Source of the DNA: an uncultured Acidobacteriota bacterium
GTDB lineage: Bacteria > Acidobacteriota > Thermoanaerobaculia > UBA5066 > Gp7-AA6
Length of the DNA: 64,000 nucleotides
NCBI GenBank assembly: GCA_963749265.1
Contig: CAVVML010000016.1
Location: forward strand, 73,000 to 136,999
Reading direction: 5' to 3'
Positions 1 through 11,039 of the stretch are shown one piece after another. Made by a program: the position numbers and the translations under genes. Under the pieces are notes generated by a model. That model did no database searches, was not told the origin of the DNA, and saw only the letters and a program-made list of their open reading frames with translations. How positions within the stretch are numbered: position 1 is the stretch's first letter; each line of letters starts with the position of its first letter.

Positions 1-1894
1 CGGCACGGTGCAGGGAGGCGGCGTGTAGCAGATGCCGAACTTGGCCTTGAGCAGGAAGACCGCCATCTGCTGGCGGAGGGCGTTCTGCGTCGACGCCGTA
101 GAGGCCGCCGCCGACGCCCACGGTGATCTCGTTGCGCACGAGCGTCGTCACGAAGTTGTGGAACTGATGGCCCCCGGGACGTCCAGGAAATCGAGATCCA
201 TCCGTTGGGCAGCGTCCCGCGCTGCCGTCGGTGTTCGTCAGCGTGACGTCGTTGAGACTGCCGGGCGGAAGGTCGGGGTCGTGATCGTCGCGACGTTGTA
301 GTTGTCGACGACGATGCCCGCCGCCGGCACGCCGCCGACGGTCACAGACGCGCCGGGGAGGAAGTGGAAACCCGTCAGCGTGACTCCGGTGACTCTGGCC
401 GGCCTCCCGATCCGGGGTTGATCGCGAGCACGAGCCGCTGGGAGAACTCCGAGGTGTTGCCGTCCGGATCGGTCGCCGTGGCGGTGACTTTCTCGCCCGG
501 CTCGATCGAGACCGGCAGGGTGACGTTGATATCCGCGTTGCCCGAGCCGTCGGTCGTGACCTCGGCCGAGCCGAGGAATGTGCGGCCCTCGAGGAACGCC
601 TGCGGGCGGTCGACGCAGGCCGGGTTCGAGAAGAAGTCGAGATCGTAGGTCGTGCCGGCGGCGCTGTTGAACCGTCCCGTGATCAGCGTCCCTCCGCCGA
701 CCAGCGACGGCGACGGCGGAGGTGATCATGGGGAAGTTCTGCCGGTGGTTCGCTCCGTCGTCGGCGTCGCCGAGATCGTTGAGCGTCGGATTGCAATCGG
801 AAAACGGTCCCGATGTCGATGCCCAGGCACTCCGTGCCCAGCGCCGAATCCTGATGGTTGGCGTAGATGCGATTCCGGCGGATCGGGCACCGCGTTGGGG
901 AACTGGGACTGTAGGGAGAGAGGTAAACTCCCGCGCCTCCGTTGAATGCGATGACGTTGCCCTCGCCGGGGCCGGTCCCGCCGACGATGACGTCGCTCGT
1001 CCAGACGTAGATCCCGGACCGCGGGTTGCCCAGGTTGACGGTGCCGGTGACGTCGGTGCCGATGAAGTTGCCCTGGATGATCGTCGACGACGTCGCATCG
1101 GCCGCGTTGCCGACACTGATCGCTCCGAAATCGCCGCCGGCGATCACGTTGCCGCGGATGGTCAGGTTTCCGGTGGCGGCCGGGGAGATGGCGATGGCCG
1201 TGTTCGGCATCTCGCCGAGCGGGGCGGCTCCTGTCGCGTCGGTGCCGAGGAGATTTCCCTCGATCGCGCCGTTGGCGACCTGGTCGAACCAGACGTGCTG
1301 GGCCGTGTTCCCGGCGATCAGATTCCGGTCGGCGGGCGCCGGGCCTCCGACGGTCAGGCCGGTCCCGAGCTGCCCGAATACGCCGCGCTGGTTGTCCGAA
1401 GCGATCATCCCCGTCACGTCGGTTCCGAAGAAGCAGCCCCGGATGGATACGTTCGGGCCGCCGACCGAAACCGTGTAGTTGAACCCGCCGTTGAAAACGA
1501 GGCCGCGAATGATCGATCCGTCCCCGCTGACCTGGAGAGCCGAGGCTCCCGGGATCGCGGATGCGGAGAGCACGATCTTGAGCGCGGTGTTGAGGGCCCC
1601 TCGGCGTTGGTGTTCGGCGAGGCGCCCGGCTGCGTGTAACCGTCGATCGTGACGGGGCTCGTCAGGAACGGAGGGTCGACGGGGCGTGATCGTGCAGACG
1701 CCCGAGCCGTCGCAGCCGGCGCCCGAGACGTTGAAGGCGATCGTGTCGGCGCCGGCGGCCGTGTTGGCGTCCTCGATGGCCTTCCGGAGCGAGCCCGCAC
1801 CGGAGTCGTTCGTGTTGGTGACCGTGAAGGTCGCGGCCGCGCGGCGCTCGCCGCCTGAGAGACACGACGAGCAGAAGCGAGCGAAGCGGCGCAT
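1..1894 (-). CDS. Secreted CSLREA-like right-handed beta-helix protein with IPT/TIG domain and Cys-rich SLH-like C-terminal repeats, paralog 1 (3' end runs off the window; frame-interrupted)
   Basis: ATG at 1894 preceded by AGGAGG. N-terminus MRRFARFCSS..AAATFTVTNTNDSGAGSLRKAIEDAN, then DTIAFNVSGAGCDGSGVCTI, GN.IGTD..G beta-helix repeats, LGID..ND.GDAD.G.N.QNFP.ITS and GFHFLPGASVTVGGVPA. The pieces lie in different frames (ORFs 683..4147, 1414..1800, 238..1116). Bases 1-300 still encode the RQQMAVFLLK.. repeat, so the gene continues to the left. Confidence 0.7.
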
Positions 1895-1911
1895 GGGAAG
1901 CCTCCTTGCTT

Positions 1912-4147
1912 CTATTGCAAGCCGAACATCTTCACGATGAACGTCGCCATCTGCCCGCGGTTCGCGTTCGTCAGGGGACAGTAGTTGCCGCCGCCGCAGC
2001 CGGCGGTGATGTTGCGGGCGACGAGCTCGTAGATCCAGGTGGCGAAGGGGTGCGAGCACGGAACGTCCGCGAACGTCGCGACGGTGCAGGCCGGCGGCGT
2101 GTAGCCGCTGCCTTCGCAGCGTCTTCAGCAGGAAGACCGCCATCTGCTGGCGGTTGACCGGGTTGGCGGGGCAGAAGTTGCCGCCGCCGCAGCCGGTGGT
2201 GATGCCCTGCGCCACGAGCTCGTTGATCCAGGGAGCGAAGCTCGAGGAGCAGGGCACGTCCGGAAAGACCTGAACGGTGCACGGCGGCGGCACGTAGCAG
2301 ATGCCGTACCTTGCCTTCAGCAGGAAGACCGCCATCTGCTGGCGCAGAGTGTTCTGGTTGACGCCGTAGTTGCCGCCGCCGACGCCCACGGTGATCTCGT
2401 TGCGCACGAGCGTCGTGACGTAATGCATAGAAAATGTGGAGGCTCGTTGACGTCGAGGAAGTCGGCGATCCAGCCGTTGGGCAGGGTGCCGGCGGTGCCG
2501 TCGGTGTTCGTCAGCGTGACGTCGTTGAGGCTGCCGGGCTCGAAGCGACGGTGCGGTGGCCGTGATCTGGTTGTAGCTCGCGACGTTGACCTCGCTCGCC
2601 GGAACCCCGCCCACGGTCACCGTCGCGCCGGGGAGGAAGTGGAAGCCGGAAAGCGTGACGGTCGCTCCGGTCGGCGGCCCGGAGCCCGGCGCCGAGTGGA
2701 GCACGATCCGCTGCGAGAACTCCGAGGTGTTGCCGTCGGGGTCCGTTGCCGTCGCAGTCACCTTTTCGCCGGGAGCGAGAGTGACCGGCAGGACGACGTC
2801 GATCGCCGCGTTGCCGCTGCCGTCGGTCGTCACCTCCTCCGAGTCGAGGTAGGTCCGGCCCTGGAGGAACGCCTGGGGCCGGTCCACGCAGGCCGGGCTC
2901 GAGTAGAAGTCGAGCGTGTACATCGTATCCGCATGGCCGTTGAGGCGGCCGGTGACGGTCGTCGTGCCGCCGCCGACCAGCGAAGACACGACCGAGGTGA
3001 TCATCGGAAAGTTCTGTAACTCGTTCGGCCCCATGTCGGCGTCACCGAGGTCGTTGGACGTGGGCTCGCAGTCGAGGCCGCCTCCGAAGTCGATGCCCAG
3101 GCACCCGTTCGCGTAGATCGAGTTGCCGCGGATCGGATTCGCGAATATGGGGGTAGTGCTGTGGTCGACGTAGACCCCGCCCAGCCCGTTGAACGCGATG
3201 ACGTTGCCCTCGCCCGGGCCGATGCCTCCGACCGCGTTCTGTTGGCCCTGGACTACGACCCCGCGGAACGCGTTGCCCAGGTTCAGCGTGCCGGTGACGT
3301 CGGTGCCGATCCAGTTGCCCTCGACTGTGATGCCGTGCGTCGTTCCGGAGGCGTATCCAACCTGCATGCCGTTCCACTGCGCATCTGCGATGACGTTGCC
3401 GCGGATCACGGTGCCGGGACAGTTGATGCCGACGAAGATGCCGTCGGCGTTGTTCCCCAGCCGAGCGGCTCCCGTGATGTCGGTGCCGATGAGGTTGCCC
3501 TCGATCAGGCTGTCGGCACTGTTGGCCACGAAGATGCCGGAGCCGCTGTTGCCCGAGATGAGATTTCGATCGGCCGGGCTCGGCCCGCCGACGCGAAAAT
3601 TCGGCGTGAGCTGCGCGAAGACGGCTCGGCCGTTCGGAACCGCCACCGTCCCGGAGACGTCCGTCCCGATGAAGCAACCCGCCAGAGTGTCGCCGTCCGA
3701 AACGAAGGACTGGACCGTGTGGTCGAAGCCGCCGTTGATCACCAGGCCTCGCACGGTCGAACCCGCGCCCGTACCGGAAATCGTGATCGCCGGCTGGCCG
3801 AGGTTGGCGCCGGAGAGCACGACCTTCAGCACCGTGTTCAGCGCGCCCTCGGCGTTGGTGTTCGGCGAGGAGCCCGGCTGTGTGTAACCGTCGATGACGA
3901 CCGGGCTCGAGATCGTGGGCAGCACCGACGCCGTCGTGATCGTGCAGACGCCCGAGCCGTCGCAGCCCGCTCCCGAGACGTTGAACGCGATGGTGTCGGG
4001 GCCGGCGGCGGCGTTCGCGTCCGTGATCGCCTGGCGGAGCGATCCGGCGCCCGAATCGTTCGTGTTGGTGACCGTGAAGGTCGCGGCCGCGCAGCCGCGC
4101 CGATTCCTGCCCAGAGACACGAGGAGAAGAGCGAGGACGCGGCGCAT
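1912..4147 (-). CDS. Secreted CSLREA-like beta-helix / IPT / Cys-rich SLH-like repeat protein, paralog 2 (frame-interrupted)
   Basis: ATG at 4147: MRRVLALLLVSLG..AAATFTVTNTNDSGAGSLRQAITDAN. About 560 aa of coherent beta-helix sequence follow in ORF 683..4147, then TATATDPDGNTSEFSQR and GFHFLPGATVTVGGVPA. The C-terminus has QQMAVFLLK..DVPC..FAPWINELVAQGITTGCGGGNFCP repeats. The last repeat is in another frame and ends ..QMATFIVKMFGLQ with a stop at 1912-1914. Confidence 0.75.
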
Positions 4148-4160
4148 CGGAGCCTCCTGT

Positions 4161-6458
4161 CTATTGCAAGCCGAACATCTTCACGACGAACGTCGCCATC
4201 TGCCCGCGGTTCGCGTTCGTCAGGGGACAGTAGTTGCCGCCGCCGCAGCCGGCGGTGATGTTGCGGGCGACGAGCTCGTAGATCCAGGGGGCGAAGGGGT
4301 GCGAGCACGGAACGTCCGCGAAGCTCGCGACGGTGCAGGCCGGCGGCGTATAGCCGCCGCCTTGCAGCGTCTTCAGCAGGAAGACCGCCATCTGCTGGCG
4401 GTTGACCGGGTTGGCGGGGCAGAAGTTGCCGCCGCCGCAGCCGGTGGTGATGCCCTGCGCCACGAGCTCGTTGATCCAGGGAGCGAAGCTCAATGAGCAA
4501 GGCACGTCCGGAAAGACCTGAACCGTGCACGGCGGCGGCACGAAGCAGATGCCGTACCTTGCCTTCAGCAGGAAGACCGCCATCTGCTGGCGCAGCGTGT
4601 TCTGCGTTGACGCCGTAGTTGCCGCCGCCGACGCCGACGGTGATCTCGTTGCGCACGAGCGTCGTCACGAACGGTATAGAAAGTGTGGCGGTCGTTGCAC
4701 GTCCAGGAAGTCGGCGATCCAGCCGTTGGGAAGCGTGCCGGCGGTTCCGTCGGTGTTCGTCAGGGTCATGTCGTTGAGGCTGCCCGGCGGAAGGTTCGGC
4801 GTGGTGAGCGTGACGGTGTTGTAGTCGTTCACGACGACGTTCGTGGCCGCGACGCCGCCCACGGTGACGCCGTCGCGCCCGCGAGAAAGTGGAAGCCGGT
4901 CGAGGTGACGGCATTAGCGGCGCCGGCCGGATTCCCCGACTTGGGCTCGCGACTGATCACGATTCGCTGCGAGAACTCCGACGTATTGCCGTCGGGATCG
5001 GTCGCCGTCGCGGTCACGTTTCCTCCCGGCTCGATCGACGCCGGCACGACCGCGTTGATGTCGCGTTCCCGCTGCCGTCGGTCGTGACCTGCGTGGAGCC
5101 CAGGTAGGTGCTGTCCCTCGCGAAGAGCCTGGGGCCGGCCGATGCACGCCGGGTTCGAGTAGAAGTCGATCGTGTACTCGGGTGTCCGGCGCGCTGTTGA
5201 GCCTGCCGGTGACCGTCGTGCCGCCCCCGCCGAGAGAGGCGCGGCCGAAGTGATGATCGGGAAGTTCTGGAGGCCGTTCGGCCCCGTGTCCCGTCGTCGA
5301 GATCGTTCGCGCGTCAGGCCACCGAGCCGATGCCCTGGCTATGCCGAGATCGATCCCGAGAGTGAGCTACTCGGAGCCGCGCTCTGGTGATTGGAGTGGA
5401 TGGAGTTGCCGCGGATGGTGCACGCTGCGCGCTGTTGAGTGAGAGGTCCAGTTCATGAAACTCCCGCCCCGCCGTTGAAGGCGATGACGTTGGCTTCGCC
5501 CGGGCCGGTCGCCGCCGATCGTGACGTCGTCCGCGTTGAAGATACCGATTCCCGTAGCGGGATTGCCGAGGTCGGCGGTCTCGGTCGACGTCGGTGCCGA
5601 CCAAATTGCCAAAAAGGCGCGGGTCGATGCCGAAGTTGTCGCCGATCTGGACGCCGTGCCGAGGTCCCTCCCGCGATGACGCTGCCCCGAACGACGTTGC
5701 CGCGGCTGCGTGCTCAAGTTGATCGAGATCGTCTGATCGTCGGACCGCCAGGGCCGCCGCGCCCGTGTTGTCCGGTGCCGAGGAGGTTGCCTTCGGATCG
5801 TGGCGTCGGGCACGGGTTGAAGAGCAGGACGTTGGCTGACGTCTGACCCGCGAACGAGATTCCGTTCCGCGGCCGACGGGCCGCCGACGCGTGAGGTCGC
5901 TTGCGCCGGAGAGGCCGTCGGCATAGACCCCGTGGCCGTTTCGGGGACGGGCGTCGTCCCCGACGCGTCGATACCGACGAAGCAACCCTGCACGGTGTTG
6001 CCGTCGGGGCCCAGACCTCACAATCCGTGGGTGAAGCCGCCGTTGACGACGAGGCCCCGCACCGTCGAGCCGGCGGCTTCGGCGTGTTGAATGGAAGCCG
6101 TCTGGAACCTGGGGATGCGACTGCCCGGAGACGACGATCTTGAGGACGGCGTTGATCGCGCCCTTCGCGATGGTGTTCGGCGAGGAGCCCGGCTGCGTGT
6201 AGCCGTCGATGAGGACGGGAGAGATTGATCACCGGCAGCGCTGTCGTCGGCGCGATCGTGCAGACGCCGCTCCCGGAGCAACCCGCGCCGGAGACGTTGA
6301 ACGCGATCGTGTCGAGCCCCGCCGCGGTGTTCGCGTCGTGCGATCGCCTTGCGAAGCGACCCGGCTCCCGAGTCGTTCGTGTTCGTGACCGTGAAGGTCG
6401 CCGCGGACGCGGCCGAAGCCTGGAAGCAGGACCAGCAGGACCGAGGAAGACGTCGCAT
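4161..6458 (-). CDS. Secreted CSLREA-like beta-helix / IPT / Cys-rich SLH-like repeat protein, paralog 3 (heavily frame-interrupted, possibly a real pseudogene)
   Basis: ATG at 6458: MRRLPRSCWSCFQASAASAATFTVTNTNDSGAGSLRKAI. Central beta-helix fragments are scattered over ORFs 5367..5993, 5314..6021 and 5714..7075. The IPT fragment is in 4829..5047 and 4665..4862. ORF 4161..4583 carries an intact C-terminus with two Cys-rich repeats ending MATFVVKMFGLQ. Confidence 0.6.
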
Positions 6459-6468
6459 CGAGTTCTCC

Positions 6469-8731
6469 TCATTGCAGCTCGAACGTCTTCACGAGAAACA
6501 CGGCCATCTGGCCCCGGTTGGCGGTCGCCAGCGGGCAGTAGGTGGTCCCGTTGCCGCAGCCCGCCGTGATGCCGCGCGCCACGAGCTCGTAGATCCACGG
6601 AGCAAACAGCGAGTCGCACGGCACATCCGTGAACGTCGCGACCGTGCAGGCCGGAGGAACGTAGCGCTGCTTCCAGTGTCTTCAGGAGGAAGACGGCCAT
6701 CTGCTGGCGAGTGACTGGATTGGCCGGGCAGAAATTGCCTGATCCGCAGCCGGTCGTAATGCCCTGGGCGACGAGCTCGTTGATCCACGCGGCGAAGATG
6801 TTGGTGCAGGGCACGTCGGGGAAGGCCGGGACGGTGCAGGGTGGCGGCATGTAACAGATGCCGTACTTCGACTTCAGCAGAAAGACCGCCATCTGCTGGC
6901 GCAGCGTTTCCTGCGTCAGCCCGTAGTTGCCTCCGCCGACGCCGGCGGTGATGGCGTTGCGCACGAGCGTCGTGACGAACGGATGGAAGAGCGTGTTCGC
7001 GGGGACATCCAGGAAATCCGCGACCCAGCCGTTGGGAAGCGTCCCCGAGGTCCCGTCCGTGTTCGTGAGGGTCACGGCGCTGACGGTTCCCGGAGGCGGG
7101 CGGGCGCGGTGACCGTCAGCTGCTGGTAGCCGACGACGTTCTCGCCGGTCCCGGCCGCGCCGCCGAAGTCGACTGCGGCTCCCGCGAGGAAGTTGAACCC
7201 GTTGACGGTCACGGCCGTGCCGCCCTCGGCCGGCCCCGAGGCGGGAGAGATCGAGAGGACCATCCGCTGCGAGAACTCCGAGGTGTTGCCGTCCTCGTCC
7301 GTGGCCGTGACGGTCACGCGGCTGCCTTCCGCGATGGCCACGGGCAGGACGACGTTGAAGAGACCGATGCCCGAGCCGTTCGTCGTCACCTCATCCGAGC
7401 CGAGATACTCACGGCCCTCGCGGATACTCCTGGGGCCGGGACAGGCACTCCTCGTCCCGGTAGAAGTCCAGGTCGAACGTCGACGACGCGGTGCTGTCGA
7501 GCTTGCCCGTGACCGTCGTCGTCGAGGCGCCGTAGGTCACCGAGGTGATCACCGGAAAGTTCTGGATCAGGTTGGAGCCGTCGTCCGGGTCGCCCGCGTC
7601 GTTCGGCGTCACGCCGTCGAGCGTGCTGAAGGGCGCGGAAATGTCGATGCCCAGCCCATCGAGCGTCGAGCCGAAGCCTCCGGGCGGCCCGCCGCCGTTG
7701 GAATGGATCGAGTTGCCGCGAATCGGATTGTGCACGCTGGCGGTGTAGCCGTTCACCGCGACGCCCACCCGGTTGTAGGCGATGGTGTTCGCCTCGCCCG
7801 GCCCGAGGCCGCCGATGAGGTTGTCGCTGCTCCCGACACCGATCCCGCCGGTGTTGCCGAGCGGCCCGGTGCCCGCGGCATTGGTGCCGATGAGATTGCC
7901 CTGGATGACCGCTTCCCCGTGCGTCATTAGATACCGGCGCCGAGGTTGCCCGAGAGCAGGTTGCCGGCGCCCTCCTCCGTGCCGCCGATGGTGTTGCGGA
8001 CCATCTGGTTCTGGATGCCGTGGACCGCCGTTGGGCAGCGCGGCGGTCCCGGCGGCGTTGGTTCCGATGTAGTTACCCTGCACAGGTTGTCGGTGGCCGG
8101 GAGGCCGCTGAAGCACGATTCCCGAGCCGCCGTTGCCGGAGATGACGTTCCGGTCGGCCGGAGCCGTTCCGCCGATGACGTTGTTGGGGGAAAACACCGC
8201 GATGCCCGAGCCGTTGGGAACCGCCACGGCGCCGGCCGCGTCGGTCCCGATGAAGTTGCCGGCGATCGTGTGCCCGCCGGTGGAGAGCGAAATCCCGTTG
8301 CCGAGCAGGTTGAATCCGACGAAGCCGCCGATGGCGAGACCCCGAATGGTCGAGCCGTCCGATCCGAAGTTCAGGCAGACGCCGTACCCCGCGCCGCCGC
8401 TGCGCAGCTGGATCTTGAGGACGGCGTCGTTGCCGACGGCGAGAGTGTTGGGGCTCGCGCCGGGCTGGGTGTAGCCGTCGATCGTCATGGCCTGGGCGGC
8501 GCACGGAAGATCCGTCAGGGTCGTGATCGTGCAGACGCCGGAGCCGTCGCATCCGGCGCCGGAGACGTCGAACTCGATCGTATGTGGTCCCGGCGCCGAC
8601 ATTCGCGTCCGAGGATCGCCTGGCGGAGCGAACCGGGGCCGGAGTCGGCGGTGTTCGTCACGGTGAAGGTCGCGGCGGATGCCGTCGGCGGCAAGACACA
8701 GGCCGAGCAGGAAAGCGGCGAAGCGCTTCAT
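6469..8731 (-). CDS. Secreted CSLREA-like beta-helix / IPT / Cys-rich SLH-like repeat protein, paralog 4 (frame-interrupted)
   Basis: ATG at 8731: MKRFAAFLLGLCLAADG.., then HTIEFDVSGAGCDGSGVCTITT, IDGYTQPGASPNT and a long beta-helix in ORF 7409..9358. TATDEDGNTSEFSQR and the IPT part are in 7072..7389. The C-terminal repeats are in 5714..7075, ending ..FLVKTFELQ with a stop at 6469-6471. Confidence 0.7.
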
Positions 8732-8759
8732 CGATCCCCTCCGGAAGTGGAGAGGGCGC

Positions 8760-11029
8760 TCATTGAAGGTCAAAGTTCTGAATGAACACGGCCATCTGGC
8801 CGCGCGTGTTGTTGTTGTCCGGGGCAATAGAGAGGCGGCGAGACCGAGCAGCCGCCGGTGATCTGCTCCGCCGCGAGCTGCTCGATCCAGTCGGCGAACT
8901 GGGACGGGCAGGCGACGTCGTCGAAGACGCCCGCGCAGCCCGGCGGCACGTAGGCTCGAGCCGTGCTGGGCCTTGAGGAGAAACACTGCCATCTGGTCGC
9001 GCCGGACCGGATTCTGCGGGCAGTAGATCCCGCCGCCGCAGCCTCCCGTGATGCCCTCGTCCGCCAGAGCCTCGATCCAGTCGGCGAAGGTCGAGGGGCA
9101 AGGCACGTCTCCGAAAACGCCCGTGCAGCCGGGCGGCACGTAACAGAGGCCGAACTTCCCCTTGAGGAGGAACACCGCCATCTGCTGGCGCAGCGTGGGG
9201 TCCCGACGCCGTAGTTGCCTCCGCCCATGCCGACGGTGATCTGGTTGCGCACGAGCGCCGTGACGAAGAAATAGAACTGCTGCGCCGCCGGCACGTCGAG
9301 GAAGTCGGCGACCCAGCCGTTCGCGAAGGGTCGACTGGCTGCCGTCGGTGTTCGTCACCGTGATGGCGTTGACGGTGCCGGCGGGCAGGGCCGGGGTGGT
9401 CGGCGTCGAGGGAGTTGTAGCTCGAGACCTGCACGTTCGTCGCCGGCTGGCCTCCGATCGTGACGGAGGCTCCGGCGAGGAAGTTGAAGCCGCTGAGCGT
9501 GGTCACGGTGCCGCCGGCCGGGATTCCCGAAGCCGGATTCGCCGAGAGGACGAAGCGCTGCGAGAACTCCGAGGTGTTGCCCTGCGCGTCGGTCGCCGTG
9601 GCCGTGACCGTGTCGCCCGGCTCGAGGGCAACCCCCGGAAGGATCGCGTTGATCGCGGCGTGGCCGCTCCCGTCCGTAGTCACGGTGGTCGTGCCGATGT
9701 AGGTCTGGCCCTCGCGGAATCCCTGCGGGCGGCGCAGGCACGCGGAGACCGCGTAGAGGTCGACGTCGAACTCGGTGTTCGGAGTGCTGTCGAGCGTTCC
9801 CTGGATCGTCGTGCTCTGGCCGGCGGGAGCGTTGGTCACGGCCGAGGAGATGAGCGGGAAGTTCAGGTGCCCGTTGGGCCCGTCGTCTCCGTCCCCGAGG
9901 TCGTTCGCCGTCGGGCCTCCTTGGCCGGGGGAGCCCGGGTCCCCGAGATCGATGCCGAGCGTCGAGAGGCCGAAGTCGTCCCCGAGGCCGTTCGAGTAGA
10001 TCGAGTTGCCGCGGATCGTGTTCTGGGAAGGCTGCGGCGTGTTGTAGATGACGATCACGCCGGCGCCCCGGTTGAAGGCGACGACGTTGCCCTCCCCGGC
10101 GCCGAGACCGCCGACGGTGACCTGGTTGGTGTTGACCCAGATCCCGTGGCGGTTGCCGAGCTCGGCCGTCCCGTCGACGTCCGTGCCCACCCAGTTGCCC
10201 TGCACGGTGACGCCGAAGAGCGAGTCGGAGCCGATCTCTCCGACATCGATCCCCTGGTCGTCGGCGGCCACCACGACGTTCTCGCGTACGACGGTGCCCG
10301 GGCAGTCGATGCCGATGCGCAGCGCCACGGAGCCCGACCCGATCACCGCGGCTCCGGACGCGTCGGTCCCGAACAGGTTCCCCTGCACGAGGCAGTCCGT
10401 GCAGCGCTCGAGCTTGACACCGATTGTCCGTGTTTCCGGAGATCAGGTTACGGTCGGCCGGCGCCGGGCCGCCGACCGTGACGCCGGTGCCGAGGTGCCC
10501 GTAGAAGCCGATCGCACCCCCGACCGCGGCCGCCCCCGCCGCGTCGACGCCGATGAAGCAACCGCGAATGGCGACGTTGTCCACCAGGTTGGAGTTGATC
10601 GCGAGGTTCCACGGCCCGTTGACGACCAGGCCCTCGCACCGTGACGTCGTCGGACGTGATGAGGATGCCGTTGGAGCCGGCGAGGTTGTCGCCCGACACG
10701 ACGATCTTGAGGATCGCGTTGATAGCGCCTTCGGCGTTGGTGTTCGGAGTCGCGCCCGTCTGCGTGAAGCCGTCGATCGTGACGGGATCGTTCAAGGACG
10801 CAAACGGGAGCACGGGCGTGATCGTGCAGACGCCCGTGCCATCACAGCCCGGATCGGCTCCCGGGATCGCGAAAGCGATCGTGTCGGCGCCGGCGTTGTC
10901 GTTGGCATCCACGATCGCCTGGCGAAGCGACCCCGGGCCGGTGTCGTTCGTGTTCGTGACGGTGAACGTCGCGGCCCCGGCCGCCGAGGCAAGGCACAGA
11001 CCGAGCAGGATGGCGCCGGAGCGTTTCAT
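8760..11029 (-). CDS. Secreted CSLREA-like beta-helix / IPT / Cys-rich SLH-like repeat protein, paralog 5 (frame-interrupted)
   Basis: ATG at 11029: MKRSGAILLGLCLASAAGAATFTVTNTNDTGPGSLRQAIVDAN (ORF 10448..11227). Beta-helix, LGIDLGDPGSPGQGGPTANDLGDGDDGPNGHLNFPLISS, TATATDAQGNTSEFSQR and GFNFLAGASVTIGGQPA are in ORF 8760..10388. Cys-rich repeats are in 8770..9294. The protein ends ..GQMAVFIQNFDLQ. Confidence 0.75.
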
Positions 11030-11039
11030 CGATCTCCCG

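Noticed and set aside
683-4147. A single 1154-aa ORF that looks like one giant protein
   Set aside because: It contains an internal stop-adjacent junction in the true frames. Paralog 2 ends ..KMFGLQ at 1912-1914 in another frame, and a new signal peptide (MRRFARF..AAATFTVTNTND) starts at 1894. The open frame is a by-product of high GC plus frame switches, so these are two genes.
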